Below are positions 9,952 to 17,431 of a stretch of DNA of 64,000 nt, piece after piece. Below the pieces are notes generated by a model. It was not told the origin of the DNA. It saw nothing but the letters and a program-made list of their open reading frames with translations, and searched no databases. Position 1 is the stretch's first letter. Each line of letters opens with the position of its first letter. Origin of the DNA: an uncultured Clostridium sp. (GTDB taxonomy: Bacteria; Bacillota; Clostridia; Christensenellales; CAG-138). A program made the translations under genes and the position numbers. The stretch is from NCBI GenBank assembly GCA_900542285.1, contig UQNF01000001.1:8663-72662 (forward strand), read 5' to 3'.

Positions 9952-10666
9952 AGTCTGTTGCCATAATCGCGAGCTCAGCGATAAAGTATACTAACAGCTC
10001 ATACACACTTTTGGCTTCCTCGTCAGAGTAGTCCATCATACCACGATGGAGAATGTTGTTTCTAAATGGGATGCGCTTATCAATTGGGTTTGCATAGCTA
10101 TCAGTATTGGAAAAGACGGTAAATACAATGCCGGCAATCAAAACCTTTTTATAGCTGTCCATATCCATGTCATGAGTGCCCTGCGCTGACTGTAAAGCTA
10201 CTCTTTTGATTTTATCCTTTGACTGACGTTTATGATCCATAGCTTGATAAACCAATTCTTCGAAATGAGCTAACAGAACGATTGTCTTTTCGCGATGACT
10301 CAATTGCGAGGATTCAACAACAGAGAGGGCATAGGCATCCAACGGTGTGGACTCAGTCTTTTTCCTGACGGTATCTACAGCCATGTCATATGTCATGTAG
10401 CCAAAGCTCTCCTGAAGCCACTCCACGTCAGCATAGGTGATCTCAGCCTTTTCGAAACCGGAGATACGTTGGAACAATTCGGTTTCCTGAATGTCCGTTG
10501 GAATACTCTGAAAGAATTTGACAAGATTAGCAAATGTATCAGAGGCGGCAAATCTTGTCATGGCCTCGTTAATCGACAGTACCATGTTGCCGATTTTTTC
10601 AGAGAGCGAAAGTAGGTTGGCAATATGCTCGTTCTTAAAGAACCAATGTTCATGCTGATCGGCCAT
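9950..10666 (-). CDS. hypothetical protein with C-terminal HEPN-like Rx4H motif (RNNILH)
   Basis: Start chosen at ATG 10666 (MADQHEHWFF...), preceded by AAGGAGG. The C-terminal helical region carries FRNNILHRG, flanked by amphipathic helices (EEAKSVYELLVYFIAELAI). Lower GC than neighbours by eye. Confidence 0.6.
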   Translation of the reverse strand: MADQHEHWFFKNEHIANLLSLSEKIGNMVLSINEAMTRFAASDTFANLVKFFQSIPTDIQETELFQRISGFEKAEITYADVEWLQESFGYMTYDMAVDTVRKKTESTPLDAYALSVVESSQLSHREKTIVLLAHFEELVYQAMDHKRQSKDKIKRVALQSAQGTHDMDMDSYKKVLIAGIVFTVFSNTDSYANPIDKRIPFRNNILHRGMMDYSDEEAKSVYELLVYFIAELAIMATD

Positions 10667-10737
10667 TTGATTTACCTCCTTAAAATTGTTTGACTTATGA
10701 TAGAAATAGCCGCAGAACACACTGGTTTTGCGGCTTT

Positions 10738-10814
10738 TGGCACGCCCGGCGCGATTCGAACGCGCGACCTTTCGCTTAGGAGGCGAACGCTCTATCCTGC
10801 TGAGCTACGGGCGC
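10738..10814 (-). tRNA. tRNA-Arg (anticodon CCU), CCA encoded
   Basis: Folds by hand into a cloverleaf: acceptor GCGCCCG/CGGGCGU, D arm GCUC...GAGC, anticodon stem UUCGC/GCGAA with loop CUCCUAA, T arm GCGCG-UUCGAAU-CGCGC, then GCCA. Confidence 0.9.
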
Positions 10815-10863
10815 ATATTATGAAATTTAGGTAAATTGGGCTTTGAAGGCATCTCCCTTACAT

Positions 10864-10914
10864 TTCCCGGAAAAGGCACCAAAGGGTACCAAACAGGGTG
10901 CCAAAGCTCCGGAA
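10864..10914 (-). repeat. composite stem-loop enclosing three tandem 10-12 nt repeats GG[CT][AG]CCAAA
   Basis: On the plus strand: ggcaccaaag / ggtaccaaac / a-ggtgccaaag at 10875-10906. GGCACC (10875-10880) pairs with GGTGCC (10897-10902). The outer CCGG stems are at 10867-10870 and 10909-10912. Confidence 0.6.
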
Positions 10915-10929
10915 GGTTTGACACAAGGT

Positions 10930-10961
10930 CGCGAAATCGGCGTTTTCCTCGCGATTTCGCG
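10930..10961 (-). repeat. 10-bp perfect inverted repeat (hairpin) in the tRNA leader
   Basis: CGCGAAATCG (10930-10939) and CGATTTCGCG (10952-10961) with a 12-nt loop. No U tract follows on either strand. Confidence 0.6.
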
Positions 10962-10995
10962 GCTTCCCTCGTCTGTCGAGCGGATAGAGCAAGAC

Positions 10996-11035
10996 CTTAG
11001 GAGGCGGACGCTCTATCCTGCTGAGCCACGGGAGC
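10996..11035 (-). pseudogene. truncated tRNA-Arg(CCU) copy (5' half only: acceptor 5' strand, D arm, anticodon 5' stem and loop)
   Basis: GCTCCCGTGGCTCAGCAGGATAGAGCGTCCGCCTCCTAAG matches the first 40 nt of the intact tRNA (10814-10775) at 37/40 positions. Identity stops right after the anticodon loop, and no T arm or 3' acceptor follows. Confidence 0.75.
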
Positions 11036-11051
11036 ATCATCTAACTCACAC

Positions 11052-11080
11052 ATTATACTCACAGGTTGGGTATTTGTCAA
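11052..11080 (-). promoter_or_regulatory. consensus sigma-A promoter reading into the tRNA half-copy / tRNA-Arg(CCU)
   Basis: On the minus strand: TTGACA (11080-11075), a 17-nt spacer, then TATAAT (11057-11052). The half-tRNA copy begins 16 nt downstream of the -10. Confidence 0.6.
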
Positions 11081-11175
11081 CCACCGTCACAAGGATATGT
11101 AAAATATAATCATTTCTATTCATCCTGTTTAGAGACGAATGCCGGAGGAGGCATATCCATATTTCCTTATTATAC

Positions 11176-11204
11176 TTGACAATATCATTAACATTTGTTA
11201 TCAT
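11176..11204 (+). promoter_or_regulatory. sigma-A promoter of proS
   Basis: TTGACA (11176-11181), 17 nt, TATCAT (11199-11204). It lies about 58 nt upstream of the proS ATG. Confidence 0.55.
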
Positions 11205-11261
11205 CTGCTGGGATAAAATCCTATGGATATTTAAGCTTTCGGAAAGGCAGAATAATTTGAT

Positions 11262-13007
11262 ATGAAAATGAGTCATTTGTTGGGTCTGCGCTTCAAGGAG
11301 ACGCCTGCTGACTGTCAGATAGCCAGCCAGATTTTGATGCTGCGCGGCGGCTACATAAAAGGAGTGGGCAACGGAATCTATTCGCTCTTCACCCCTACCA
11401 AGCGCATTACGCAGAAGATCGAGGCAATACTTCGCGATGAAATGGATCGTCTCGGCGGTCAGGAGGTCATGTTCCCCGTCGCTATGCCCGCGGATCTGTG
11501 GAAGGAATCCGGCAGATTTGAGAGCGTTGGCAGCGAATTGCTTCGCTTTAAGGACAGGGGCGGAAACGACATGATCCTCGGAATGACCCACGAGGAAGCA
11601 GCCGTTCATCTTGCACGCAATGTTGCTCAGTCATACTCCGATTATCCCTTCATGATCTACCAGATACAAACCAAGTTCAGGGATGAGCCTCGCGCAAGGG
11701 GCGGTCTTATCCGCGTGCGTGAGTTTACGATGAAGGATGCGTATTCCTTCCATACCTCTCAGGAGGATCTGGACGAGTATTATAAGAAGTGCTATGACGC
11801 ATATAACCGCATCTATGCGCGCTGCGGCATTCCGGAGGTCTTTGCCGTGCAGGGCGATTCCGGTATGATGGGCGGCAAGGTTTCCCACGAATTCATGCTC
11901 CCGACAGAGGTCGGAGAGGACACGCTTGTTGTATGCGATGAGTGCGATTTCCGTTCCAACATGGAGGTTGCTCCCTGCATCGTGGATAACGAGGTGTGCC
12001 CGGATGCTGAGCTTACCATGGTCCCCACTCCCGACAGCAAGACCATTGAAGAGATATGCGCTCTGCTTAGCGTGAGCGAGAAGCAGACCTGCAAGGCCGT
12101 TCTTTATCGCAAAGAAAGCGATAACGCTCTGGTCGTCGTTTTCCTGCGCGGTGATCTGGAGGTCAACGAGGTAAAGCTTCGCAACTTCCTAAAGAGTGAG
12201 ATACACCCTGAGGTCGCTGATGAGAACAACACCGATATTACCTACGGCTTCATCGGACCCGTTGGCTTTGAAGCTAAGGCCATCGTCATCTATGACCGCT
12301 CGCTCGTCGGTGCGCACAACCTTGTCTGCGGCGCAAACAAGGTCGGTTTCCACTATACCGGGTTCACTCCCGAACGCGATCTGCCCTCATCCATCGAATT
12401 TATCGATGTTGCCAAGACTTATCCGGGTGCCGTATGCCCTGTCTGCGGCAAGAAGAGCATTCGCACCACCAGAGGCATTGAGGTCGGCAACATCTTCCAG
12501 CTTGGCAAAAAGTACTCCGAGCCCATGAACATGCGCTATTCCGATAAGAACGGTGAGATGCAGACCCCCATCATGGGCTGCTACGGTATCGGCGTCGGCA
12601 GGCTTGCCGCCTCCGTCTGCGAAGCTCGCAGGGATGACTACGGTCCTATCTGGCCCATTTCCATCGCCCCCTGGCAGGTACATATCTGTGCACTAAGGAG
12701 CGACAATGAGCAGGTTGCCGAAACTTCCAACCGTATTTACGAGGAGCTTCAGAATAAGGGTGTTGAGGTATTGTTCGATGATCGTCCCGTCAGCGCAGGC
12801 TTTATGTTCTCCGATGCAGACCTGCTCGGCGTTCCCGTAAGGATTACCATCAGCCCCAAGACCTGCGCACGCGGCGTTGCAGAGGTTTCACTCCGCGACA
12901 AGTCCTTCAAGCAGGATATGGATCTGGATACCGTTGTGGATAATATCAAGCAGATGGTTGACGGTATGCTTGCAAAGTTCAGCCATGACGCCGTCTGCAG
13001 CCGATAA
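11262..13007 (+). CDS. proS: proline--tRNA ligase (bacterial type with editing insertion)
   Basis: 581 aa. LMLRGGYIKGVGNGIYSLFTPTKRI, class II motifs FRDEPRARGGLIRVREFTMKDAYSF, and C-terminal MGCYGIGVGRL. Confidence 0.95.
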   Translation: MKMSHLLGLRFKETPADCQIASQILMLRGGYIKGVGNGIYSLFTPTKRITQKIEAILRDEMDRLGGQEVMFPVAMPADLWKESGRFESVGSELLRFKDRGGNDMILGMTHEEAAVHLARNVAQSYSDYPFMIYQIQTKFRDEPRARGGLIRVREFTMKDAYSFHTSQEDLDEYYKKCYDAYNRIYARCGIPEVFAVQGDSGMMGGKVSHEFMLPTEVGEDTLVVCDECDFRSNMEVAPCIVDNEVCPDAELTMVPTPDSKTIEEICALLSVSEKQTCKAVLYRKESDNALVVVFLRGDLEVNEVKLRNFLKSEIHPEVADENNTDITYGFIGPVGFEAKAIVIYDRSLVGAHNLVCGANKVGFHYTGFTPERDLPSSIEFIDVAKTYPGAVCPVCGKKSIRTTRGIEVGNIFQLGKKYSEPMNMRYSDKNGEMQTPIMGCYGIGVGRLAASVCEARRDDYGPIWPISIAPWQVHICALRSDNEQVAETSNRIYEELQNKGVEVLFDDRPVSAGFMFSDADLLGVPVRITISPKTCARGVAEVSLRDKSFKQDMDLDTVVDNIKQMVDGMLAKFSHDAVCSR

Positions 13008-13121
13008 TCTATCATGCTTTCCACTTGGCTTTGCGCAGGCAGCGCAAAGCCTATTTTCATTGATATTGCTCTCCATTTGGTTCAAACTGGAGCAATTTCA
13101 TAATATAGTGTCCAAAAGCGC

Positions 13122-13150
13122 TTGCATTATGCTTCATGTTCGTGTATAAT
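13122..13150 (+). promoter_or_regulatory. sigma-A promoter of the SRP RNA gene
   Basis: TTGCAT (13122-13127), 17 nt, TATAAT (13145-13150). Confidence 0.6.
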
Positions 13151-13154
13151 ACAC

Positions 13155-13424
13155 GCATCGTGCCAGGCGGGGAGATAGCGGTGCCCTATACCTACAATCC
13201 GCTAAAGTAGGGCTTCATTCCCGTCCTGAGGCGTCGGCTTGTTTAGCTGGCTCAATTAGAGATGTTGAGGACTGGGTCCCATGCAATTATCTGCCGTGAA
13301 CCATGTCAGGTCCTGACGGAAGCAGCATTAAGCGGATTTGGTGATGTGCCGTGGGCTTGCCTAGTTTGAGTCTTGAAACTGATTACCGTTTATGAGTCCG
13401 GCGTCGAAGGATGGGTGCACGATT
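13155..13424 (+). ncRNA. ffs: signal recognition particle RNA, long Bacillus-type (scRNA with Alu domain)
   Basis: Alu-domain sequence GGGGAGATAGCGGTGCCCTATACCTACAATCCGCT. Domain IV sequence AACCATGTCAGGTCCTGACGGAAGCAGCATTAAGC. Both closely resemble the B. subtilis scRNA as I remember it. The 5' ATCGTGC pairs with the 3' GCACGAT, and a T run follows. Confidence 0.85.
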
Positions 13425-13490
13425 TTTTCTTATTTTGAAATCGCCATTCACATTTATTTCTAATTAAGCCTTCTTTTCATATTCATCGTA

Positions 13491-13519
13491 TTGACAACAT
13501 CGTTCAATAGCTGTATAAT
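13491..13519 (+). promoter_or_regulatory. consensus sigma-A promoter of the ABC exporter operon
   Basis: TTGACA (13491-13496), 17 nt, TATAAT (13514-13519). Confidence 0.6.
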
Positions 13520-13575
13520 GCCCATAACAGGGTTAGTTTTTGCGATGTATGATGCTTTATAATTATTGATTTTTT

Positions 13576-13603
13576 CCGCATCGGCCTTGGCATGCGGTTT
13601 TTT
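13576..13603 (+). terminator. terminator-like hairpin plus T run inside the 5' leader of the ABC exporter operon (possible attenuator)
   Basis: CCGCAT...ATGCGG (6-bp GC-rich stem, 10-nt loop) followed by TTTTTT. It lies between the promoter and the GTG start at 13670. Confidence 0.35.
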
Positions 13604-13669
13604 ATTTGCGCATTTTTGCACTCGCCCCTGAGATCATACGCTTGGCTTACTGCCGAAAGGAGGAAATCC

Positions 13670-15454
13670 GTGATTTTCGGAAAACATATCAACCGGTACT
13701 ACTTGAAACACCTGCCGCTGTATCTGCTTGGCACGGCAGCACTTATTCTGGTTGATTATTTCCAGCTTATCATTCCGGAGATCTACCGCATAGTTATCAA
13801 CGGCATGAACGGTTTGGGATACATCAACGATGGGATAACCGTACCGTTCACTATTGATATCCTGCTGGACAAGATCTGTCTTCCCATGATAATCATCGTG
13901 ATAGTCATGGTAATTGGCCGTTTTCTATGGCGCGTATGCTTTTTTGGCTCCGCCATCAGCATAGAGACCGACCTTAGAAACAGGATGTTCGACCATGCTA
14001 AGGATCTTTCCTGCCAGTACTATCAGGTCAACAAGGTTGGCGGTTTGATGAGCCTATTCACCAATGACTTGGATACGATTCAGGAATGCATGGGCGATGG
14101 CGTGCTTATGTTTGTGGACGCCCTTTTCCTAGGCATTCTTGCGCTGATAAAGATGTGGCGCATGGACAAGCTTTTGACTGGATTTGCCCTGATACCAATG
14201 ATCCTTATGCTTATCATCGGCACCATTGTCGGCAAAGCCATGATGAGAAAATGGGAGATCCGTCAGCAGGCGTTTTCCGACCTTTCGGACTTCTCTCAGG
14301 AAAGCTTCTCCGGCTTTGCAGTTATCAAGGCATTCGTCAAGGAAACCAAGGAACTCCTCGCTTTCCGCAAACTTAATATTCAGAATGAGGATGCCAATGT
14401 AAACTATACCAAGATTTCGGTTATGCTGAACATACTGATAACCCTCTTGGTTGAATCCGTCATCTGTGTTATCCTTGGCTATGGAGGATACCTCGTATAC
14501 AAGGGCGAATTTAACGGCGGACAGCTGATCGAATACATCGGCTATTTCAGCGCCATCGTTTGGCCTATCATGGCAATCTCCATGCTTATCGAAAAGACCT
14601 CGAGAGGGAAGGCTTCGCTAAAGCGTATATCCGAGCTTCTTGACGCAGAGATAGATGTTATGGATGCCGATGGAGTAAGCGAGCTCACCAATGTCAGGGG
14701 CGGCATTGAGTTTCGGAACCTCACCTTCCGCTATCCCGATGGCGAATATGATGTTCTCGAAAATGTTTCACTAAAGATAGCTCCCGGAGAAAGCGTCGGT
14801 ATTGTTGGCAAGACCGGTGCGGGAAAGACCACGCTGGTGGATCTTATTCTTCGCACATACAATGTTCCGGACGGCACGATTTTTATCGATGGTCATGACG
14901 TGAACAGCGTTTCCATTCGTTCGCTGCGTGAAAGCTGCGCCTATGTTCCCCAGGACAACTTCCTGTTCTCCGATACGATAACCAACAATATCGGCTTTGC
15001 GTATGATGATGCGGACAGCTCCGCTGTAAAACGCGCCGCTGTGCTGTCCGATGTTGACGGTAATATCGTTGATTTCAAGGAAGGCTATGAAACCATCCTC
15101 GGAGAGCGTGGCGTTACCGTTTCAGGCGGTCAGAAGCAGCGCATTTCTATTGCGCGCGCACTCATGAAGGATGCGCCCATTCTTATCATGGACGACTCGG
15201 TATCTGCGGTAGATACCAACACCGAAAAGGTCATCCTTGAAAACCTCAGAAAGAATCGAGAAGGCAAGACCACCATCCTTATCGCTCACCGTATTTCCAC
15301 GATCGAGAGCCTTGACAAGATCATCTTCATCGATGACGGCAGGATCCTTGCCATCGGAAGCCATGCCGAGCTTGAGAAGACCTGTCCCGAATACCACCGA
15401 ATGGTTGAGCTGCAAAGACTCGAAAATGAAGCAGGAGGTGACGAAAATGCGTGA
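13670..15454 (+). CDS. ABC transporter permease/ATP-binding protein (type I exporter half-transporter)
   Basis: GTG start chosen 8 nt after AGGAGG (the ORF-track ATG at 13592 lies in the leader hairpin). Six-TM domain followed by an NBD: Walker A GKTGAGKTT, signature VSGGQKQR, Walker B ILIMDD. Confidence 0.85.
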   Translation: MIFGKHINRYYLKHLPLYLLGTAALILVDYFQLIIPEIYRIVINGMNGLGYINDGITVPFTIDILLDKICLPMIIIVIVMVIGRFLWRVCFFGSAISIETDLRNRMFDHAKDLSCQYYQVNKVGGLMSLFTNDLDTIQECMGDGVLMFVDALFLGILALIKMWRMDKLLTGFALIPMILMLIIGTIVGKAMMRKWEIRQQAFSDLSDFSQESFSGFAVIKAFVKETKELLAFRKLNIQNEDANVNYTKISVMLNILITLLVESVICVILGYGGYLVYKGEFNGGQLIEYIGYFSAIVWPIMAISMLIEKTSRGKASLKRISELLDAEIDVMDADGVSELTNVRGGIEFRNLTFRYPDGEYDVLENVSLKIAPGESVGIVGKTGAGKTTLVDLILRTYNVPDGTIFIDGHDVNSVSIRSLRESCAYVPQDNFLFSDTITNNIGFAYDDADSSAVKRAAVLSDVDGNIVDFKEGYETILGERGVTVSGGQKQRISIARALMKDAPILIMDDSVSAVDTNTEKVILENLRKNREGKTTILIAHRISTIESLDKIIFIDDGRILAIGSHAELEKTCPEYHRMVELQRLENEAGGDENA

Positions 15455-17354
15455 ATACTATCCCCTTCTCCTCGTCGGAGGCGTGATCGGGCTTATCTCA
15501 ACGCTTCTCATCATAGCCTACGCTACTGTTAAGGATAAAAAACAGTCAATGGGTTTTGACAGGCACATGAAGGACGGCGAGATAACAAAGCGTCTGCTCA
15601 AATACGCCAGACCTTATGCGAAGCAGTTCATATTCGTCGGCTTTATTATGCTCCTGTCCATAGCCTATGATATTCTCTCTCCACTTATCATCGGCAGTAT
15701 TGAAGAGATGGTCGTCGGCGACTTCGCTCTGAGCAAACTATTCGCTTATGTGGGTGTGTATGCCGGGATTCTTATCATATCGATGCTATGCTCATATGTA
15801 CAGGCGATTATCCTGCAAAAGACCGGTCAGCGCATTATTTCAAGCATGCGTGAGGATCTGTTCGTTCGAATAGAATCCTTATCTCATGAGCAGATGAACA
15901 AGATCCCGATAGGCAAGCTCGTTACCCGAGTCACCAACGATACGAACGCTATCTCGCTGATGTTCACAAGCCTGCTTGTAAACCTGCTAAAGAATTGTTT
16001 TGTTATCATCGGCGTTCTCGCAGCGATGCTGTGCCTCAATTTCGAGCTGACTCTGATGGTGCTTTGCTTCGTTCCGTTCATTGTGCTTTTCACAGTCATC
16101 TTCCGTAAGTTCTCAAGGAGGGCATATCGCAAAGTCAAGGATCGCACATCCGATATCAACGCCTACCTGTCAGAGAACCTTTCGGGCATCAAAATCACAC
16201 AGATTTTCAACCGTGAAGATGCAAAGAACCGTGATTTTATTAATAGAAGCAATCTACTTGGAAAGGCGAAGCGCGAACAGATATTCGTCTTCAGCGTGTT
16301 TAGGCCATTGGTCTATATGCTCTACATAAGTTCCGTTATGCTGCTGTTCTATCTGGGCGGTAAGGGATACCTTGATGGTGCCTCCTTCCTTGGCCAGACC
16401 ATCACCAGCAGTGTGATAGTTTCGTTCTATATGTACATCACCAAGTTCTATAATCCGATTCAAAGCCTTGCCGAACAGTTCAACTGGCTGCAATCCGCAT
16501 TTGCTTCAGCGGAAAAGGTGTTTACAGTCATGGATTACGTTCCCGAAATAGTGGACGCGCCTGATGCGATAGAACTTGACAGTGTCAAGGGCGAAATAGA
16601 ATTCAAGGATGTTTGGTTCAGCTATATCCCCGGCGAATGGGTGCTCAAGGGAATATCCTTCCACATCAACCCTAATGACACGGTTGCTTTTGTCGGACCG
16701 ACAGGCTCCGGCAAAACAACAATCCTCTCCCTTATCTGCCGTAATTATGAGTTTCAAAAGGGAGAAATACTTATCGACGGTATTGATATTCGAAAGATAA
16801 AGCTCTCCTCCCTGCGAAAGCATTTTGGGCAGATGCTTCAAGATGTCTTTCTCTTCTCCGGCACCATCCGCAGCAACATTCTTCTGCGTGAAGAAGGCAT
16901 TTCGGATGATGAGGTCATGGAAGCCTGCAGATATGTCAACGCTGATCACTTTATCAATAAGCTTGACAATGGACTTGATGAAATAGTCCGTGAACGCGGC
17001 AATAACTTCTCCGCCGGCCAACGCCAGCTGCTGTCATTTGCAAGGACCATCATCCATAAGCCCAGTGTTATGATACTCGATGAGGCTACCGCCAATATCG
17101 ACACGGAAACCGAGCTGCTTATTCAGGATTCATTGGAAAAGATGATGAATATCGGCACCATGCTGATCGTTGCACACCGTCTTTCCACCATTCAGCATGC
17201 CGACAACATAATCGTGCTGAGTCATGGCGAAATCGTCGAGCAGGGTACCCATCACGAGCTTCTTGCCAAGCGAGGCAGGTACTACAAGCTATACACACTG
17301 CAATTCCACAAGGAACAAATGCGCAAGGGAAGCACCATTCCTGCTGCGGAATGA
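15447..17354 (+). CDS. ABC transporter permease/ATP-binding protein (partner half-transporter)
   Basis: The ATG at 15447 is preceded by AGGAGG and overlaps the upstream stop (ATGCGTGA). Walker A GPTGSGKTT, signature FSAGQRQL, Walker B VMILDEAT. The pair is probably a heterodimeric exporter. Confidence 0.85.
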   Translation: MREYYPLLLVGGVIGLISTLLIIAYATVKDKKQSMGFDRHMKDGEITKRLLKYARPYAKQFIFVGFIMLLSIAYDILSPLIIGSIEEMVVGDFALSKLFAYVGVYAGILIISMLCSYVQAIILQKTGQRIISSMREDLFVRIESLSHEQMNKIPIGKLVTRVTNDTNAISLMFTSLLVNLLKNCFVIIGVLAAMLCLNFELTLMVLCFVPFIVLFTVIFRKFSRRAYRKVKDRTSDINAYLSENLSGIKITQIFNREDAKNRDFINRSNLLGKAKREQIFVFSVFRPLVYMLYISSVMLLFYLGGKGYLDGASFLGQTITSSVIVSFYMYITKFYNPIQSLAEQFNWLQSAFASAEKVFTVMDYVPEIVDAPDAIELDSVKGEIEFKDVWFSYIPGEWVLKGISFHINPNDTVAFVGPTGSGKTTILSLICRNYEFQKGEILIDGIDIRKIKLSSLRKHFGQMLQDVFLFSGTIRSNILLREEGISDDEVMEACRYVNADHFINKLDNGLDEIVRERGNNFSAGQRQLLSFARTIIHKPSVMILDEATANIDTETELLIQDSLEKMMNIGTMLIVAHRLSTIQHADNIIVLSHGEIVEQGTHHELLAKRGRYYKLYTLQFHKEQMRKGSTIPAAE

Positions 17355-17372
17355 TGAATTAGCATAAACAAA

Positions 17373-17420
17373 GACCCAAGGCTTATGAATTAGCTTCACT
17401 AGTCTTGGGTCATTCTTTTT
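17373..17420 (+). terminator. rho-independent terminator after the ABC operon (shared with the convergent EpsG-like gene)
   Basis: GACCCAAG...CTTGGGTC stem followed by ATTCTTTTT. Confidence 0.55.
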
Positions 17421-17431
17421 CTAAAATACAA

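Larger units (their letters stand above)
9061..10737. mobile_element. decayed tRNA-Arg-associated integrative islet (XRE regulator, integrase relic, HEPN-like ORF)
   Basis: It abuts the 3' end of tRNA-Arg(CCU). It contains a tyrosine-recombinase C-terminal remnant and is visibly AT-richer than the flanks. It interrupts core genes (ypeB / proS). The boundaries are not defined by recognisable att repeats. Confidence 0.35.

Noticed and set aside
10815-11035. Possibility that the tRNA-Arg(CCU) half-copy plus spacer is a group I intron-interrupted tRNA. Bacterial tRNA-Arg(CCU) introns are known, and the spacer contains GTGTCAAAC, which is vaguely like the J3/4-P4 region.
   Set aside because: The match to the intact tRNA continues 3 nt past the anticodon (through AAG) instead of stopping at the anticodon. 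No 3' exon (T arm or acceptor 3' strand complementary to GCTCCCG) follows. I cannot find the conserved P7/G-binding core. The segment is about 180 nt and is followed by a complete independent tRNA.
10843-11109. ORF-track ORFs 10843-11109 (+, 88 aa) and 10858-11040 (-, 60 aa) in the tRNA leader region.
   Set aside because: They overlap the tRNA half-copy and the hairpins. They have no RBS, and one uses a TTG start. Their composition is driven by the tandem decamer (KAPKGTKQGAKAPEG). They are more parsimoniously non-coding.
11081-11261. T-box leader upstream of proS.
   Set aside because: The promoter-to-ATG distance is only about 58 nt. No specifier hairpin, T-box sequence or terminator/antiterminator is visible.
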